A DNA stretch of 64,000 nt from Haplodiscus bocki (Eukaryota): NCBI GenBank assembly GCA_965655095.1, contig OZ296654.1, forward strand, positions 57,288,001 through 57,352,000. The letters are read 5' to 3'. Below are positions 1 through 14,104 of the stretch, one piece after another. Position 1 is the stretch's first letter. The number at the start of each line of letters is the position of its first letter. The position numbers and the translations under genes are program-made. The notes under the pieces were generated by a model. The model worked only from the letters and a program-made list of their open reading frames with translations, ran no database searches and was not told the DNA's origin.

Positions 1-1496
1 TTACATTATTTAATGATATAGTTGAGACAATCATTAAATTGTTTTACAAAGAAAATAAAATTAATCCATTGTATTGTTACTTTCTTCTCGTTATACATGG
101 GACGTTGGTTCAAAAAGTACGATAATAGAAATAGAAAATATCAAAGTTGCAAATTTCTTGAGGGTTTTGGAGATTGCTATCCGAGGTGGAAAATCTTGGG
201 CTTTGAGTTCAAGGGATGTAGCTTTTCTAAGCGAGATGAAGAAAAAATTCACATAGACTCAAATAATTTATATGAACGTAGCATGTCATAACTTTTACCA
301 TATGCAGAGAAAAACTTGACAAAAACATTAGCACAGAGGGAATACTAAATACAAAAAAAACTATTCTGAATCTGGACATGCTTGGGAAGTTGATTTAAAG
401 TATGCAAAAGCTGCTGAAGAATCATCTTTGATTTTTCCACTGTGCCCAGGGAATATAAAAATAACAGTTTCTGAATACACTCCTAACATTAAAAACAGAA
501 AAACGAAAGTTTTTCATCCAGGAAACAGATTAATCTGTAGCCACTCAAAAAAAAGGATTTTATAAATCGTACTCATTTTGAATTTTGAATTTTTCAAGGG
601 TTGGAGGTTACAAAAAAACATATAAAAGGGAGTTCTAAACAAAAAGCAAGTCTAAATCACTATTTGTCTAGAAACGCCAGGAAAAGAACAGCAACAGTTT
701 TTTAATATTCCGGAAGATTTCTGTAATTTATTAAGTAGGGTTTTTAGTGAAAAGACAATAGAAAGAGGAGGTAAAATACAGTATTTAAAATAAGTAAAAA
801 CATATAGCAATTATGAAATGTATAAAAACAAAGTACACCCACACTCACAGAGCTTATATATTATGATAACTTTGAAAACATTGCTTTCGAAAACCAGACA
901 GTATCATTTGAAAAATCATTTTTTTTCGGATTTCCTGTACTAAAAATTTATAAGAGACCTATATCTTATTGCTATAACAATGTATTAAAACCATCTGTTG
1001 AAGTGTTAGAATTACATTACATGGATTGATATCCGTTCTTTCTTAGTTTCAAAACAAAAGACTTGTTGAATACCTCAAAAAAACCTAAAACACTTGTTTA
1101 ATTTTAGTGGTTTAAACCCAAATCATCATCTATTCTCAAATGATAATAACGAAGCTATTGGTAAACTTGACTTTGAAATGTCTAAAAACCTTGGATTGAA
1201 TAAATTTGTTTATAAAGAACAAAATGATTATGATTCGTATGTTCAGATAAAAATGAAAAAAAAAAACAAAATTAAAAGGCCTTGAAAAACTTTCTACAGG
1301 TCAAATTCAATTCAAAGATTTTTGTTTTTGGAATATTTTAGTGGGAAAAAGAGAATATCAAAAAACGAATAGATAACTGCTAGATTTGAAATAAGAGCAT
1401 TAAACGGTTTCAAGAAACATTGACAATTTAGCAATAACTCATTTTGATGACAAACGAAAATACATAGTCAAAATTGAATCAATTCCAAAGAAATAG
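1..1496 (+). pseudogene. Polinton protein-primed DNA polymerase B (pPolB), 3' part, degraded
   Basis: Remnant motifs IRGG (ORF 74..256), motif A 'IDSNNLYERSMS' (ORF 22..291), decayed motif C 'HYMD*YPFF' near 1015-1040, and C-terminal 'FDDKRKYIVKIESIP' near 1443-1487. Many stops and frameshifts. Confidence 0.85.
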
Positions 1497-1559
1497 CCAA
1501 AATTTTAATCAATTTTTATTTCGTCTTTCTAGTTTCCTTTGTATTTAACTTTGTAGAAA

Positions 1560-2074
1560 AATTTTTCAAGTTTCTTCCCAAAAGTACCGATTCCTTGCAA
1601 GCTAGAGCGACATGCTCCTTTCCATCAGTGCTAATTAACAAGAATGTATTTATTTTTACAGAAGCAAATCCCTTCAACCTAGCAGGAAAAATAACTGATT
1701 GAAAATTGAGATTTAATTTTATGGTACGAGCAAAAAAACAACTCTTGTGATAGAGTCTATCGAAAACAAATTTTTCCTAATCAATATTATCAGTATTAGT
1801 ACCAGCATCCGTTTTTAATATCAAAGGTTTTCCGAGTTATAAATGGTAAAAGACATCATCTTTAGTTATATAAGACGACAACATTGAAAAATTTCACCAT
1901 AACACTGGCAATATTTACTTTCAGCATAACTCAAATTTATACTAAACTCAGGATTCTTTTCCAGTTCCGATAATCTTCTGAGGCAAAGTAACTGGCGTTC
2001 CGTAAAAATAACAAAACTTAGTTTTTGGTTGTTTGTTCGATCACTTCCTAGAGAAACTACTATGACATAAGAAG
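1560..2074 (-). pseudogene. Polinton major capsid protein, 3' fragment
   Basis: Copy of about 4870-5380; truncated at the 2074 junction. Confidence 0.7.
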
Positions 2075-4800
2075 AGCAACCGAAGGCATAATCAATAGGA
2101 AAAGCCTAATATCATTTTTGAAGAGAACCAAAACGATAGACACGACACTATTTTTGAAGGCCAGTATGAAAAGTATAAGCATGATTGAAAAAAGACAATT
2201 GATGTAGGCGTATATCATGAACAATCTTTTTAAATCAAAAAGATGTATGTCTTTTGCCAAGTTGTTGAATATCATTATAACAAACCATGTTTATATAGAA
2301 ATTGTATGACTCCATTTGCAACAGTAAAAGTTTACTAAAACCTAAAATGTTATGTCAAAAAGGAACCCTGTAATATGAAATTCCCTGACAAGGAACTTAT
2401 AAATACAAAAGTGACTTTCAAAATTAATCCGCTTTTTTCAAAAAAGTAGTGTGATTCTGAAAGTAGATGTGAACATAAGAACGAACAAAAGGGCAAAGGT
2501 ACTGAAGATATAAACCACCGGAAACCAGTCTCATTCAAGTACTCTATAATGTCATATTTTCAACAAATTCTCCCATGTGGTTGCTATCATTTTTTGGTAA
2601 AATTTTGTAAAGAATGGTTTGTGACGGAAATGCAATGATCAAAAAGTAAAAAGTAAAACTTTTTCAACAGAACTAAAATAGAATTGAAAAAAGGTAAAAT
2701 AGCAGAAAATTGTAGGCTCGGTGAAAACTTTTTTAAAAAGTTTAAGGGCCAAAAAAATACAGGAGACCTTTGTCATCCAAATAGGAATTTGTAGGGCAAC
2801 AGCTCGACATTTATTCATTCTAAACGTTAAGAAAGGTCAGCTCCTTTCTTACCTTGTAATTTTCATATTTTACTTGTTTTGTTCAAAATTATAGTTGAAA
2901 TTCTAATGAACAATAGACCTATATGTATAAAACAGAATAAAATCTCCAAAAATGTTGAAATTGTTTGTGCTAAAGAGTAAAGTTGCTGAGCTTTCATATA
3001 TTCTCATAGGTCCCGAAATTCGAGTTCAAATATATTTTTTAGTTTATAAGATGAAGAAGTTTTCAAAATAACAAAAAAAATGTTGGTAAATGTAATTTTA
3101 GCTGTAATAAAACTTCAGACTTTCGAGAAGAAATTTTTCTTGAAATAGAGGATTTTGACAAACGAACATACGAAATCAAGGGTAAAGATTGTTTCTCAAA
3201 ACTAAGTCGAAACACATCACTGTTTGAGGAAAGACACGGAAAAAACAATATCAGATAGCTTCAATCTCGAAACTGTCATGGATCTAACTTCGGTCTACAA
3301 TAAATCTGATGTTACATTAATTAATGATATAGTTGAGACAACCTATAAATTGTTTTACAAAGAAAATAAAACTAATCCATTGTATTGTTACTTTCTTCTC
3401 GTTATACATGGGACGTTGGTTCAAAAAGTACGATAATAGAATTAGAAGTTATCCAAATTTAAAATTTCTTGAGGGTTTTGAAGGTTGCTATCCGAGGTGG
3501 AAAATCTTGGTCTTTGTGTTCAAGGGATGTAGCTTTTCTGAGCGAGATGAAAAAACATTTCACATAGACTCAAATAATTGATATGAACGTAGCATGTCAA
3601 AACTTTAACCATATGCTGAGAAAAACTTGACAAAAACGTTAGCACAGAGGGAATACTAAAAACAAAAAAAAACTATTCTGAGTCTGGACATGCTTGGGAA
3701 GTTGTTGATTTAAGGTATGAAAAAGCTCCTGAAAAATCACCCTTGAATTTTCCACTGTGCCCAGGAAATATAAAAATAACAGTTTCTGAATACACTCCTT
3801 ACACGAAAAACAGAAATACGAAAGTTTTCCATCCAGGAAACAGACTAAACTGTAGCCACTCAAAAAATGGATTTTCTAAAATGTATTCATTTGAATTTCT
3901 GAATCTCTCAATGGTTGGAGGTTACAAAAAAATATTTAGTAGGGAGTTCTAAACAAAAGGCAAGTCTAAATCAGTATTTGTCTAGAAACGCCAGGAAAAG
4001 AACAGCAACAGTTTTTTAATATTCCGGAGGATTTCTGAAAATTATTAAGTAGGGGTTTCAGTGAAAAAACAAAACAAAGAGGAGGAAAAAGGTAGTATTT
4101 AAAATATGCAAAAAGATATGGCAACTATGAAGTGTAAAAAAAACAACCACACTCACAGTGTTTATATCCTATGATAACTTTGAAAACTTTGCTTCCGAAA
4201 ATCAGACAGTATCTTTTGAAAAATCATTTGTTTCGGATTTTCTGAACTAAATAATTCTAAAGACGTATATCTGAATGCTATAACAATGTATTAAAAACAG
4301 CTGTTGAAGTGTTAGAATTACATTACATGGATTGTTATCCTTTTTTCTTAGTTTCAAAACAAAAGAATGGTTGAATACCTCAAAGAAACCTAAAACACTT
4401 GTTAATTTTTAGTGGTTTAAAACCTAATCATCATCTATTCTCAAATGATAAGAACAAAGCTCTTAGTAAATTTGAATTGGAAACAGATGAAGATCTTTAG
4501 ATTGAATAGTTTTGTATTTGAAGAATAAATCAATATGATTTGTATGTTCAGATAAAAACGAAAAAAAAAACAAAATTAAAAGGCAGTGAAAAAGTTTCTA
4601 GAGATCAAATTCATATCAAAGATTTTTGTTTTTGGAATATTTTTCTGGGAAAAAGAGAATATCAAAAAACGAATAGATAACTGCTAGATTTGAAGTTAGG
4701 AGCATTAAACGGTTTCAAGAAACATTGACAATTTAGCAATAACTCATTTTGATGACAAACGAAAATACATAGTCAAAATTGAATCAATTCCAAAGAAATA
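2075..4800 (+). pseudogene. Polinton pPolB with EndoVII/HNH-like insert, degraded
   Basis: Exo-I-like region near 2440-2640; 'GDLCHP/IGICRATARHLFILNV' at about 2760-2830 resembles RDHCHLTGKYRGAAHxxCNL; IRGG and DSNN at 3488-3580; 'HYMDCYP' near 4321; FDDKR near 4750. Confidence 0.85.
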
Positions 4801-4869
4801 GCCAAAATATTAATCAATTTTCATTCGTCTTTCTAGTTTCCTTTGTATTTAACTTTTTAGAAATTTTTT

Positions 4870-6170
4870 TCAAGTTTCTTCCCAAAAGTACCGATTCCTT
4901 CCAAATTAGAGCGACATGCTCCTTCCCATCAGTGCTAAATAACAACAATGTCTTTGTTACTACAGAAGCAAATCCCTTCAACCCAGCAGGAAAAATAGCT
5001 GACTGAAAAAATGCAGGTTTACTTTTTTGGTACGAGCAGAAAAACAACTCTTGTGATAGCGTCTATGGAAAAAAATTTTTTCCTAATCAATATTATCAAT
5101 ATTAGTACCAGCATCCGTTTTTATTATCAAAGGTTTTCCCAGTTATAAATGGTAAAAGACATCATCTTTAGTTATATAAGACGAAAACAATGAAAAATTT
5201 CAACATAACTCTGGCAATATTTATCTTCAGCATAATTCAATAATATACTAAACTCAGGATTCTTTTCCAGTTCCGATAGTATTCTGAGGCAAAGTAATTG
5301 GCGTTCCGGAAAAATATCAAAACTTAGTTTTTGGTTGTTTATTCTATCACTTCCTAAAGAAACTACTATGACATAAGAATGTATAACAATTCCATTTCCA
5401 ACGCTCAATTCAAAAATGAATTCAGTTAGGAGTTGTACATATGTCAAAAACGCATGTTTTTTGATGTGAGATTAATCAGTTGAAATTTTAGTTAAATTCC
5501 GATCGTTCGATATATCTTGTTGAATCACACTCGGAATATGGTCAGGTAAAAAAGTATTTTAGCTTTTGTGAAAATTTTTCCAGAAAATAGCGGATGATCG
5601 CCAGATAAATCACTAACAATGTTTTTTCTTTTAATTTTTTAATTGTCAATTTATAACGTAATCCAAATGTAGCTTTCTCTGGATGTTCATTGGGAGCAAA
5701 AACATCTTTTAATTAATGGAAAGATGAAACTTACGTTTTTTTAATCAGTACTTTCTCAATTATGATAGTCAATTCCCAGAGCAAAACCAATGGAAGAACC
5801 CTTATGGTTTCTTGTTGATACAAATAAATTTTACCTTAAACAAACTGTATAATCACTAATTTTCGACTCTATTCTACTATTGGTTGAATTTTCGTACTGA
5901 CTAAAGAAAGAAATTGGACCTAAATTAACTAATTGTATGATATTAGCAATTGTAAGTCTTCTATCAGCATCAACATCCCACTTTCCTTCATCGTCTATCA
6001 CAGGAAATTTATCTCCTTAAGATAGTACTCAAGTTTTTTCTTGGTTTATCAAACGAAAATTGATGGTTTGTCGTATTTGCACCAAATATTGATTGAGGAG
6101 TATAACAGTCATAATCAAATTTAAAAATTTTTGTGTCAAATATATTTTTTCAGGTAATTTGAACTTTTGA
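4870..6170 (-). pseudogene. Polinton double-jelly-roll major capsid protein (type A)
   Basis: ORF 5172..5447 (FELSVGNG..SYVIVVSL..EKNPEFSILLNYAEDKYCQSY) and 4814..5047 (FPAGLKGFASVVTKTLLLFSTDG) resemble the Polinton MCP 'PxYVIVGFQ...YP' pattern and align with 49070-49430. Confidence 0.7.
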
Positions 6171-6189
6171 TTTAGTTTTTAAAATCTTT

Positions 6190-7270
6190 TGAGTTATGGT
6201 AAAGTGTTTATTTTCTGGCACTCATCATTAACAGCTACAATTTCATCATCAAATCCATCAGTGCCATTTCCACCATTCGTTTCCGGGATGATTTATTGAG
6301 AACTTTTACATAATTGACATGGAGTTTGTGGAACAAAAAAAGTCACTGACCGGAAACCAAGCTGCCCAGAATTTCGATCACAAAAATTTTTTTTCACATT
6401 TTTCACAAGCACTTTTTCTGAATCATCACTTGCCTAGTAATATTCAAAATGAACATCACGGTCTTCTTCTTCCTATTCTTCTTCTTCTTCTTTTTCTTCT
6501 TCGTCTTCTTTTTTGTCTTCTAGCCCACTAGAAACACTTTCATTGCATCTAATTTGAATTCCATAATTCGTTTTTGGGTCAAATTTTGTTCGATTAGGTT
6601 ATTTGTCAATAATAAATTTGTGTCTTTCACCTTTACCACTTTCTTATTTTCTACAAACCTCCTTTCTTTCAAGAAATGATACAATTTTCTAAAGTTGCAA
6701 CTTCATGATCTTTTAAATTATCTTTATCTTAAAGGGCAGAATATACCATTTCTAAGAGAGGACCTGTAAAATTAGAAGTTTTCCAGGAACTTCCAGAAGA
6801 AATTCAAGGTTCAGAATTTGATTTCGTCCACCGTTTTTCATGTGTTCATTTTTTTTGTGCTAGAAACTCTTTCTAATCTATTTCGAGTGCTTTTTCTTTT
6901 GTCTTCAGCGAAACCAATTCATCAATTACAGCTCCAATTGGATTTGGATCTTTTTCTCCTCATCTCCAGTATTATCATTCACTTTTTTGAGTCTTTTATT
7001 TGCAATAGGTTTTGATCTAAAATAGTTATAGATTCAACTGGCTGTCCGTCTTGTGCAAGTGTACTGCTTGGAAATTATTATTATTTTTATTGTTCGTATC
7101 AATTGCTTTAAATTCCATAAGTGTGGCTTTTGTTTGTCTAAGTAATTTTTCACTCGAATCTTTAACTGATTTTATTATTGGTTCAGAACGAGCTGACTTC
7201 TTAAACCACAAGCCGTTTCAACTAATTTTTCTTAAACTTACAGGTTTCCACACACAATTGTAACGCTGCA
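6190..7270 (-). pseudogene. Conserved Polinton gene between ATPase and MCP (C-terminal 'DPNEL..AGN..DEIVA'-type motif), paralog 1
   Basis: The 3' end reads ..DDEIVAVND..; same position and motif as 47790-48620; contains a poly-Glu (CTT)n tract at about 6463-6510. Confidence 0.55.
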
Positions 7271-7399
7271 AAACATTTTTGAGCCGCTATCTGTTTTTCG
7301 ATACTTGTTACCGTCAACATGTTTCTATTTTTAAAAATCATTTATCTCCAAATAATTTTTCATCCCGAAAAGGGCTCGTTTTTGGTACACACTACAATT

Positions 7400-7990
7400 T
7401 TTTCTGGTTTTCCTTGTTACGAATGTTATACTGACCTTCATTTTCATTTTTAAACCTATCAATATAGAAATAGGTTTTTCTTTCTTCCTTCCATACTTCT
7501 CTAGACATTTTCTTTTTTTTTCATCATAAATCATAACAAATCCAGCAGTTTTTTCAAAAGGTTTTTCACATCTTCAAAAGTTTGTTCAGTCAAAATGAAT
7601 ATGTTGCAGTTCTTTCGTTTTGACGTTTCTGGTAAATCACAACAAGATTGACACAAAAGATAATTATCTAAATCTTTTTGACGCCCCGTAGTGATAAAAG
7701 GACCAGTTTCTACTTGGCTCTAATCTAACATATCAACAGAAAACCGCAAAACCACTAGTTTCTCTGATCATCTATAAAAAATGCATCATTATGTTGTTCA
7801 GATGATCTGGTTTTTTCAAGAACATCTCTGTAAACTATGATTTCAATTTTTTCATTCTAGCATAACTTTTACCGGAACAAATAAAAAAAAAGGTACCCAC
7901 AGAACGAGTCCTACAAAAAAGAATTTTGTTTTTTTTTCATATATAGTTTTTCGCAACCATTTTTGCTGTGCAATTTTTCCCAAAACTGCC
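7400..7990 (-). pseudogene. A32/FtsK-like DNA packaging ATPase
   Basis: Minus strand reads 'PFITTGRQKDLDNYLLCQSCCDLPETSKRKNCNIFILTEQT' (GRH..SQSYFDLP..IRxN motif), preceded by a decayed Walker B and Walker A ('RTRSVG..'). Confidence 0.75.
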
Positions 7991-8309
7991 ATGTATTTTT
8001 TTTTATTTAAAAAATCTTCACATATTTTTCTACTTTCCTGTATTATTTTTCACCGTCTGAAAAGTTTTTCCGTTTTTTACAAAAATAACGATATGAGGCC
8101 AAAAAGTAGGAAAAGTGGTTCAAAAAACCATGTCCCAGAATCAGTCACGGACTGAGATCAAGGTTTGTTTCTGGACTTAGGTCTACCTTTCACTTCTTTC
8201 AGCCTGCCTCAGAGATTTTTTTTTTCTTACGTTTATTTTAATTTTACTAGGAAAATTTGTTTTTCTAATCTACTTCTGTTTTTTCAAGAAAAGGAACAAA
8301 TATTTTTTT

Positions 8310-8800
8310 TCAATTAAGTGTTTTGTCAAAATATTTCACAGAGACTCATGTATATTTTCTTCAATCACATTATCTGGTCAACAATTTCTATGTAAATCAT
8401 CAGACGAGAAAATCTTTTGTTGTGCTCTTTCAGAATATTATTTTTAGATTTCGTATTTCTTCAAAAATATTTCAAGTGGAACCTTATTGTTTATTGTTAA
8501 TCCGCTGGCAACTCCTTTGGAAATTGGCAAACTATCAACCAAAAACCAGTCACACATAATATTATGAAAGTGAAAGTTGTAACAATGAAAACAGGAGTAT
8601 CAATTTTTTTAATGTGTTAGGTACGACTACATAGTTCTTATGTTTCTTTTTTGCTTTGCCATTTTCATCGTTAAAGTAGGTAACATTATCGTTGAGATTG
8701 TTAAAAGAGTTGTAACAGATATAAACATCCTTCTTCAGTTTTCCAATTTTTGTTCCAACATTTGTGGATGGTTCTAGCGGCGCAGATGTATATGACTTTG
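8310..8800 (-). pseudogene. Polinton-associated protein with hydrophobic (probable transmembrane) hairpin
   Basis: 'KIDTPVFIVTTFTFII...LPISKGVASGLTINNK'; homologous to 46330-46810. Confidence 0.55.
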
Positions 8801-8859
8801 AAGCAGACCTTTCAGAATACAGAAGAACTCTTTTATTTTTAATTTAGACAATGTTAGAT

Positions 8860-9120
8860 TGATTATTGTTTTTACCAGTATGTGAAAGTTTTTATACATC
8901 TAAAATTGATGATGAAGCTGCCATAGGATTTCTAGATACTGCTGCGTTAACCATTTTTTCTTATTTTTTTTCAATACCCTTCCAGGATTGTTCAATAATT
9001 TCTTAGCTGATTTACAAACAGAATCAGCAGAATCAATTGCTATGTTTTTGAAAACTTCACGAAATATTCAAACGTTGTGTCTTTATGATTAACAATATTT
9101 GACTCTTTTTCTTACATTGA
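8860..9120 (-). pseudogene. Small basic/amphipathic Polinton protein
   Basis: 'VNAAVSRNPMAASSSILDV..HTGK' is homologous to ORF 46040..46252 and to 26900-27300. Confidence 0.55.
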
Positions 9121-9299
9121 ACGCAATTAAATTAAGAATTTCCGAACTGTTTTTAGTTTGATCTCCTTTCAAGGGCTATTGTATTGGAATAACGACGACC
9201 TCGACTGCAGAAGTTAACAGTTTTAAAATCTTCATACGACATATTTCAGAAAGCCTTAAATTTACAATTTCAATACCAGTAAAGTAAACGTCATACTCT

Positions 9300-10100
9300 C
9301 AATATTAAAATCATTTCTACTTTTCTTCCTTTTTCCATTTATAATGTATTTTTTTTTCTAAATTGAATAATTTCTTCTTTCTTAATGACTTGTTTCTGTA
9401 TAAATAGAAATTTTGTATACTCGTTGTTTTTCTAAAGCAGAAGTAGATGGAAAAGTTGGTCTCAAACCACTAATAATGGTTCCTGCAAAACAATCGCTTT
9501 TTGATTAAACTTCAATAAATTTAATTTTTTTTACAAATTGACACCAAAAAAGGTAGTTATGAATTTTTAAACCCAGTATTGATCATAACAAAAATTGTTC
9601 TTTTGAAAAAAATATTGATTCGTCATACCATAAAGCTTTATTTGTTTCTAATTTTGAATTCATCGTTACATTGTTGACGGAAAATCAATGTCAACTTTTT
9701 TCAACTGGTCAATTTGCGGCATATTTTCATCTAACTCCGGTACTAATTCAGATGGAAGAAAAAGAGAATTGAAATATGTTAAAAATTGTTTAATGTCTTC
9801 TCTTTTCGTTGTTTTTTTCATTCTAACGAAAAGTTTAAAATTTCGAAAAAATGTTGAAAAAGTTCAGTCAAAACTTTTTCAAAAGCCTTACTACTTTCGT
9901 CATATAAAATGAAAATTGTTCTTCTTCTGCCAAGTTAAATGAATTTTTCATTACATTTGTGTTACTTTTTAGTTTATTCAAAATTTTTCGGAAAAAGTTC
10001 GTCAAAATCCTTTTTTATTTTTTTCGTTTGAATCGATTAGACTCTTTTCGTCATAAGTATGTTAAGGAGTACATTTTTTCAACCTAAAAAATTCGTCGTC
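9300..10100 (-). pseudogene. Probable second paralog of the ATPase-MCP spacer gene
   Basis: 'SGLRPTFPSTSALEKQRVYK..' resembles a decayed SGL..SSDPNELxDRLKLL motif; duplicated at about 20700-21500. Confidence 0.35.
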
Positions 10101-10149
10101 TTCGGGAGTGGGGAATTAGCTCTCCACGCTATCTTCATCTACCTTTTGT

Positions 10150-10620
10150 ATTTTTTAATTTCGTTCTTTACAATTTTCTTTCAAAATCAAATTGAACTTT
10201 TCTTTGCTTGTTAGCAACATTAACAAAGTTCCTTCTAAATGTAATTTGATTCTGATGTTTGTTCTATTCAAAACTCTAATGTCTATAGTGGTTTTTTTTG
10301 TGTGTGGTTATTCATTGTCTTTGCAACTTCAGTAATGGTTGTAAAACGTCATCCATAACTATAAATATTGGAAAAAATGGAAAAGTTCACCATAACCTAG
10401 GCAATATCTATCTTTTAAATATTGCCAAGGTTATATGCTTGGGCAAAATGGCATCACATAAAAAGAAGCAACTTTCGGATTTTCTTCAATTCCTATAATA
10501 TGTTGAGCAAAAAAAATTGTTGGTTGTATAAGCTAAGTACCTGTCAATTAGTTAGTTCTTGGTGTGTTTTTTCATCATTTTGCAGTAAACTTACTATAAC
10601 ACGAAGAGCTATTTCAATCA
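10150..10620 (-). pseudogene. Possible second P-loop packaging ATPase paralog
   Basis: 'LRVIVSLLQNDEKTH' (decayed Walker A?) followed by 'IFIVMDDVL' (Walker B-like); duplicated at about 21550-22000. Confidence 0.3.
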
Positions 10621-11759
10621 AATCTTGTTGCATTAGGTAAATATCCATTAACATCCTTTAACAATTTCACCTCTTTTACCTTTGCCATCTTTTCTACTTC
10701 TTAAAAATATTCTCAGTTCTCTAAAATACTGATATTTTTTCCTAAAATCATCGTCTTCAGGATCCTCTATATAATATTTGTCATCTTAGAGACAAGTTAC
10801 CATAATAGAAGACATGTAGAAACGAAGTTTTTGTCTTCAGAAAATAATCTAATGTTCATAAGTTTAATTGGTCTACCATTTTTTAGGTGATTGTAGTTTT
10901 TTCGTGCTGGAAACCTTTGTCTTTCTCTTTAAATTTTTAATTTCGTTCTTTCCATTTGTTGTATTGAAACTAGAAATGATTATCTTCAATCTCGGTAGGC
11001 CCATTTACAAATTTCATTCTAAATTGAAAGTGCTTTTGATAAATGTTCTTTTGTAAATTCAAATATATCTTGCTCCTTTGTTTGTGAGGTGTTTTTCCCT
11101 TCTTTTGAAAAATCGAAAATAACAATTTTTCAAATTTATTACTAGAAAAAACCATCTTCAAATCCATATATATACTCTTTTTTCATTAGAATAGTGAAAG
11201 TTTCAGGTTCACCTTCAAGTTTGGCTACGTTTCCGCCATCTTGTTCCAAAAGAAGTGTTTTTAATAAAAAATTGGTTTCATTCTTTGAAAAGTCCAATTT
11301 TAGGTGTGATAATATTTCTATGTTCTCGTGCCACATATAATGGGAAACCATATAAACAAAGTTTACTAGTAACGTTTAAGAAGCTGCCATTTTTACAATC
11401 ACATTTAAAATGAATGTTATCACTTGTGATAATAATTTTCATCTGATCACTTTGTAACTGTCATTAGTTTTTTCCGTTGTGATTGGATCACAGTCTAATA
11501 TCGTGAGAAGCAGGATTTTTATCGAAGTTCGTTTCTGTAAAATCTTTTCCACTCTAGAGTGTCATATTTGATTTCGATGTTGTAGTGTCCGCTGTAATTA
11601 TTTTTAAATGGGGTAGGGTTTTAGTAATTCCCGTTTTTTCATAAGTAGCTTCTGGTGTTGACCAATAAAGTGTCATTGAATCTAGAGATAGTATGTCTAT
11701 TGAATCTGAACTTTCCAAAAAAAAGTTAGCTTCATTCTGTATTTCATATCGTCATAATC

Positions 11760-12090
11760 TTTACTTTTTTTCTCTTTTAATCCTCTGCTTTTTTCTTGAT
11801 AGGTTATAAATAGGATCGGGTAAAGAAACTGCTTTTCCTGGTATTGCTAATTCGTTTCTGTTTTTAATTTGACTGTCACCCTCTATTTCAGTTCTTTTTT
11901 CAACTGTGTGTTCAATTTTAAGAAATGTGGGAATATTATTATAATAACCAAGAGACAAAACTGAAAACGATTTGTTTTGATATGTTAAGATATATTTAAA
12001 CCTAATTACTTCTAAAGTCGGCATTACCATCATCCATTTTGCCTCTTTTGAATAAAACGGTGTTCTGAAAGAAAATTTTCTATTGTTAAT
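11760..12090 (-). pseudogene. Penton-like N-terminal fragment
   Basis: 'KWMMVMPTLEV..LTYQNKSFSVLSLG' (ORF 11761..12033) matches 'KWLLAVTSVEATN..TNENSSFSITIPG' in ORF 29172..29375. A longer copy lies at about 24450-24815. Confidence 0.5.
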
Positions 12091-14104
12091 TGAGTTTTCG
12101 AATCATAAAACGCACTAGACTCGGTAACTGTTGTCAACTTCATCTTTTTATCATTCTTTTTAAACTCCTAACTCTTCTTTGTCTTTTCAAAAAAGTAGAA
12201 TAATCATTTAAGATTTCATTTTTGATATCAACATATTTATATCAGCCAACACCATAAAGTGTTCGTATTGTAGCTCTGATAGTTTTTTGATTCAAAGTAA
12301 AGTTTTTGAATGTAAGTTCATAAAAGTGGAATCAGATTTTTTTGAAGACGGTTCTGCTTGTTCGTGTCATAAGCAGTTATGTTCGCTGTCTTCTATTAAA
12401 CCTTACATAAATTCATGTCTTTTTCTTTATTGACTCGAGTTTTATTCTAAATTGTTTTCCTCAATTTGTAAACCATTGAATTTTTTCGTTAATTAGTGTA
12501 GACTTTTGAACTTCTTCGAAAATTTTTTCTCATAGATTAAATTTTAGGTGTACAATACAAAAAGTTCACTTCTAACAACCTTATCAAATCTCCATTGACT
12601 CAAATTTTCTATTTGTGATTTGGCTAATAGAGTTTTCAAAATTCCCATCAAATTTTTACCTCTTTTCTCAACACGTTTTCTTTTGAATTGTCTTGCTCTT
12701 TTTTTGCCTTTTCTTGTTTCATCAAAATTTTCCCCAATTTATCACCTTCAGTAGATAATTTTAAAATATCATCTCTCTTTGAATTATACTCTCTTCTAAT
12801 AGTTGCCATAGTTACTTTTCTTCCCTCATCTTTTTTAACTGGTGTTAATAATGATTGGGCTGCATAATCTTTTGAATTTTGCTTTATTGGTTCTTCTATA
12901 GTTTTTACATTCGATACAAGTTGTATTGCTAACCCAAATTGATATGTATTTTATTTTTCATAAAATTTTGTCGAAGTATTTTCGTCGGTTTCAGTTACAG
13001 TTCCTTTTTCCACTAAGGATGAATTAACAGGAGCCCCTTGTAGTATATGTTTTTGTTTCGAGTTTTTTTTCGTTTTTATGGGCTGTCCATGTTCATTTCA
13101 TCTCTAAATATCTCAACGGTAGAATCTGAATATTCCAATTCTTTCGTTCTTTGTTTTGGTGTTAGCTTGGGATATTTCGTTTTCATATCTATGAAATTCA
13201 ACGGTAAGCTTTGTAATGGAAATCGAGTTTTGAATTTGGGTCCTTTTTTGTAATTTTTAAGGTGAATTGATAGAAGAGGTAGAATAATAAAATAAAAATA
13301 TGTTCATTTTGTGTTTTTGTTCTACAAAGTTCATCATATAATTCACTACATGTTTGAGCAAACTTGGTTTTATCATTCTTTCAATTTTGAAAATTATCTA
13401 CTACTTTAAATAAGTGTAATTCAAAAGTTAGTAATATTAATTTTTTTGAAGACTAATATTCGAACATTTAATTATTGTCTCACCTATAGTGACAATATTC
13501 AATTCAAATTCTAGATATATTTCAATTGTTCTTTTATTTATTGCTTTGAATGTTGTAACTTTGAAACTGGTATCACTTTTAAGAATTTTTTCCGACTTAA
13601 TTTTAGACTGAACCATTCCTTCAATGTAGTCTCTCCAAATTAAAGTAACTGCCATTCAAAAGACTAAATGTTTTCCATTATTGGTTTCTACTTCAAAAAA
13701 GTTTGTTCAATAACCTATCATGCATATTGAAATTCGTGTTGTACCATTCACTAAAAATTAGGAAAAAGGTGGTCCTCGGAATCACATTCGCTTCACAAAC
13801 GAGTAACTGTATTTTTTTCAAGTTTTTATCTCCGGTAGGTATGTCTCTATTTATCATAAAAGACAAAGTCCAATTTCACTGAAAAAAAATTCTACTGACT
13901 TCGGTGTGTTCCAAATTCAGACACCTGTTCAAAATCAGAAGATTATCTCTAATTATGGCTCAAAATATAGATAATTTTGCACTGGTGAATAGAGATAAGA
14001 ACTTCAACGTGCTAATGAGTCTTTTGGGTGATTAGCATTGAAGGCTTCTACTCCATAATTGTGTCCGCAACTTTACCTATTAGCATCTTAGTTAATAGTG
14101 GCTA

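Larger units (their letters stand above)
1..2074. repeat. Diverged direct copy of 3312-5380 (offset about 3.3 kb)
   Basis: Position 1 'ttacattatttaatgatatagttgagac' matches 3312; colinear until '...ctatgacataagaa' at 2073/5379; roughly 90% identity by eye. Confidence 0.95.

Noticed and set aside
6319-6531. Leu-rich 'membrane peptide' ORF (also 17954..18172)
   Set aside because: Antisense reading of the (GAA)n poly-Glu tract of the minus-strand gene.
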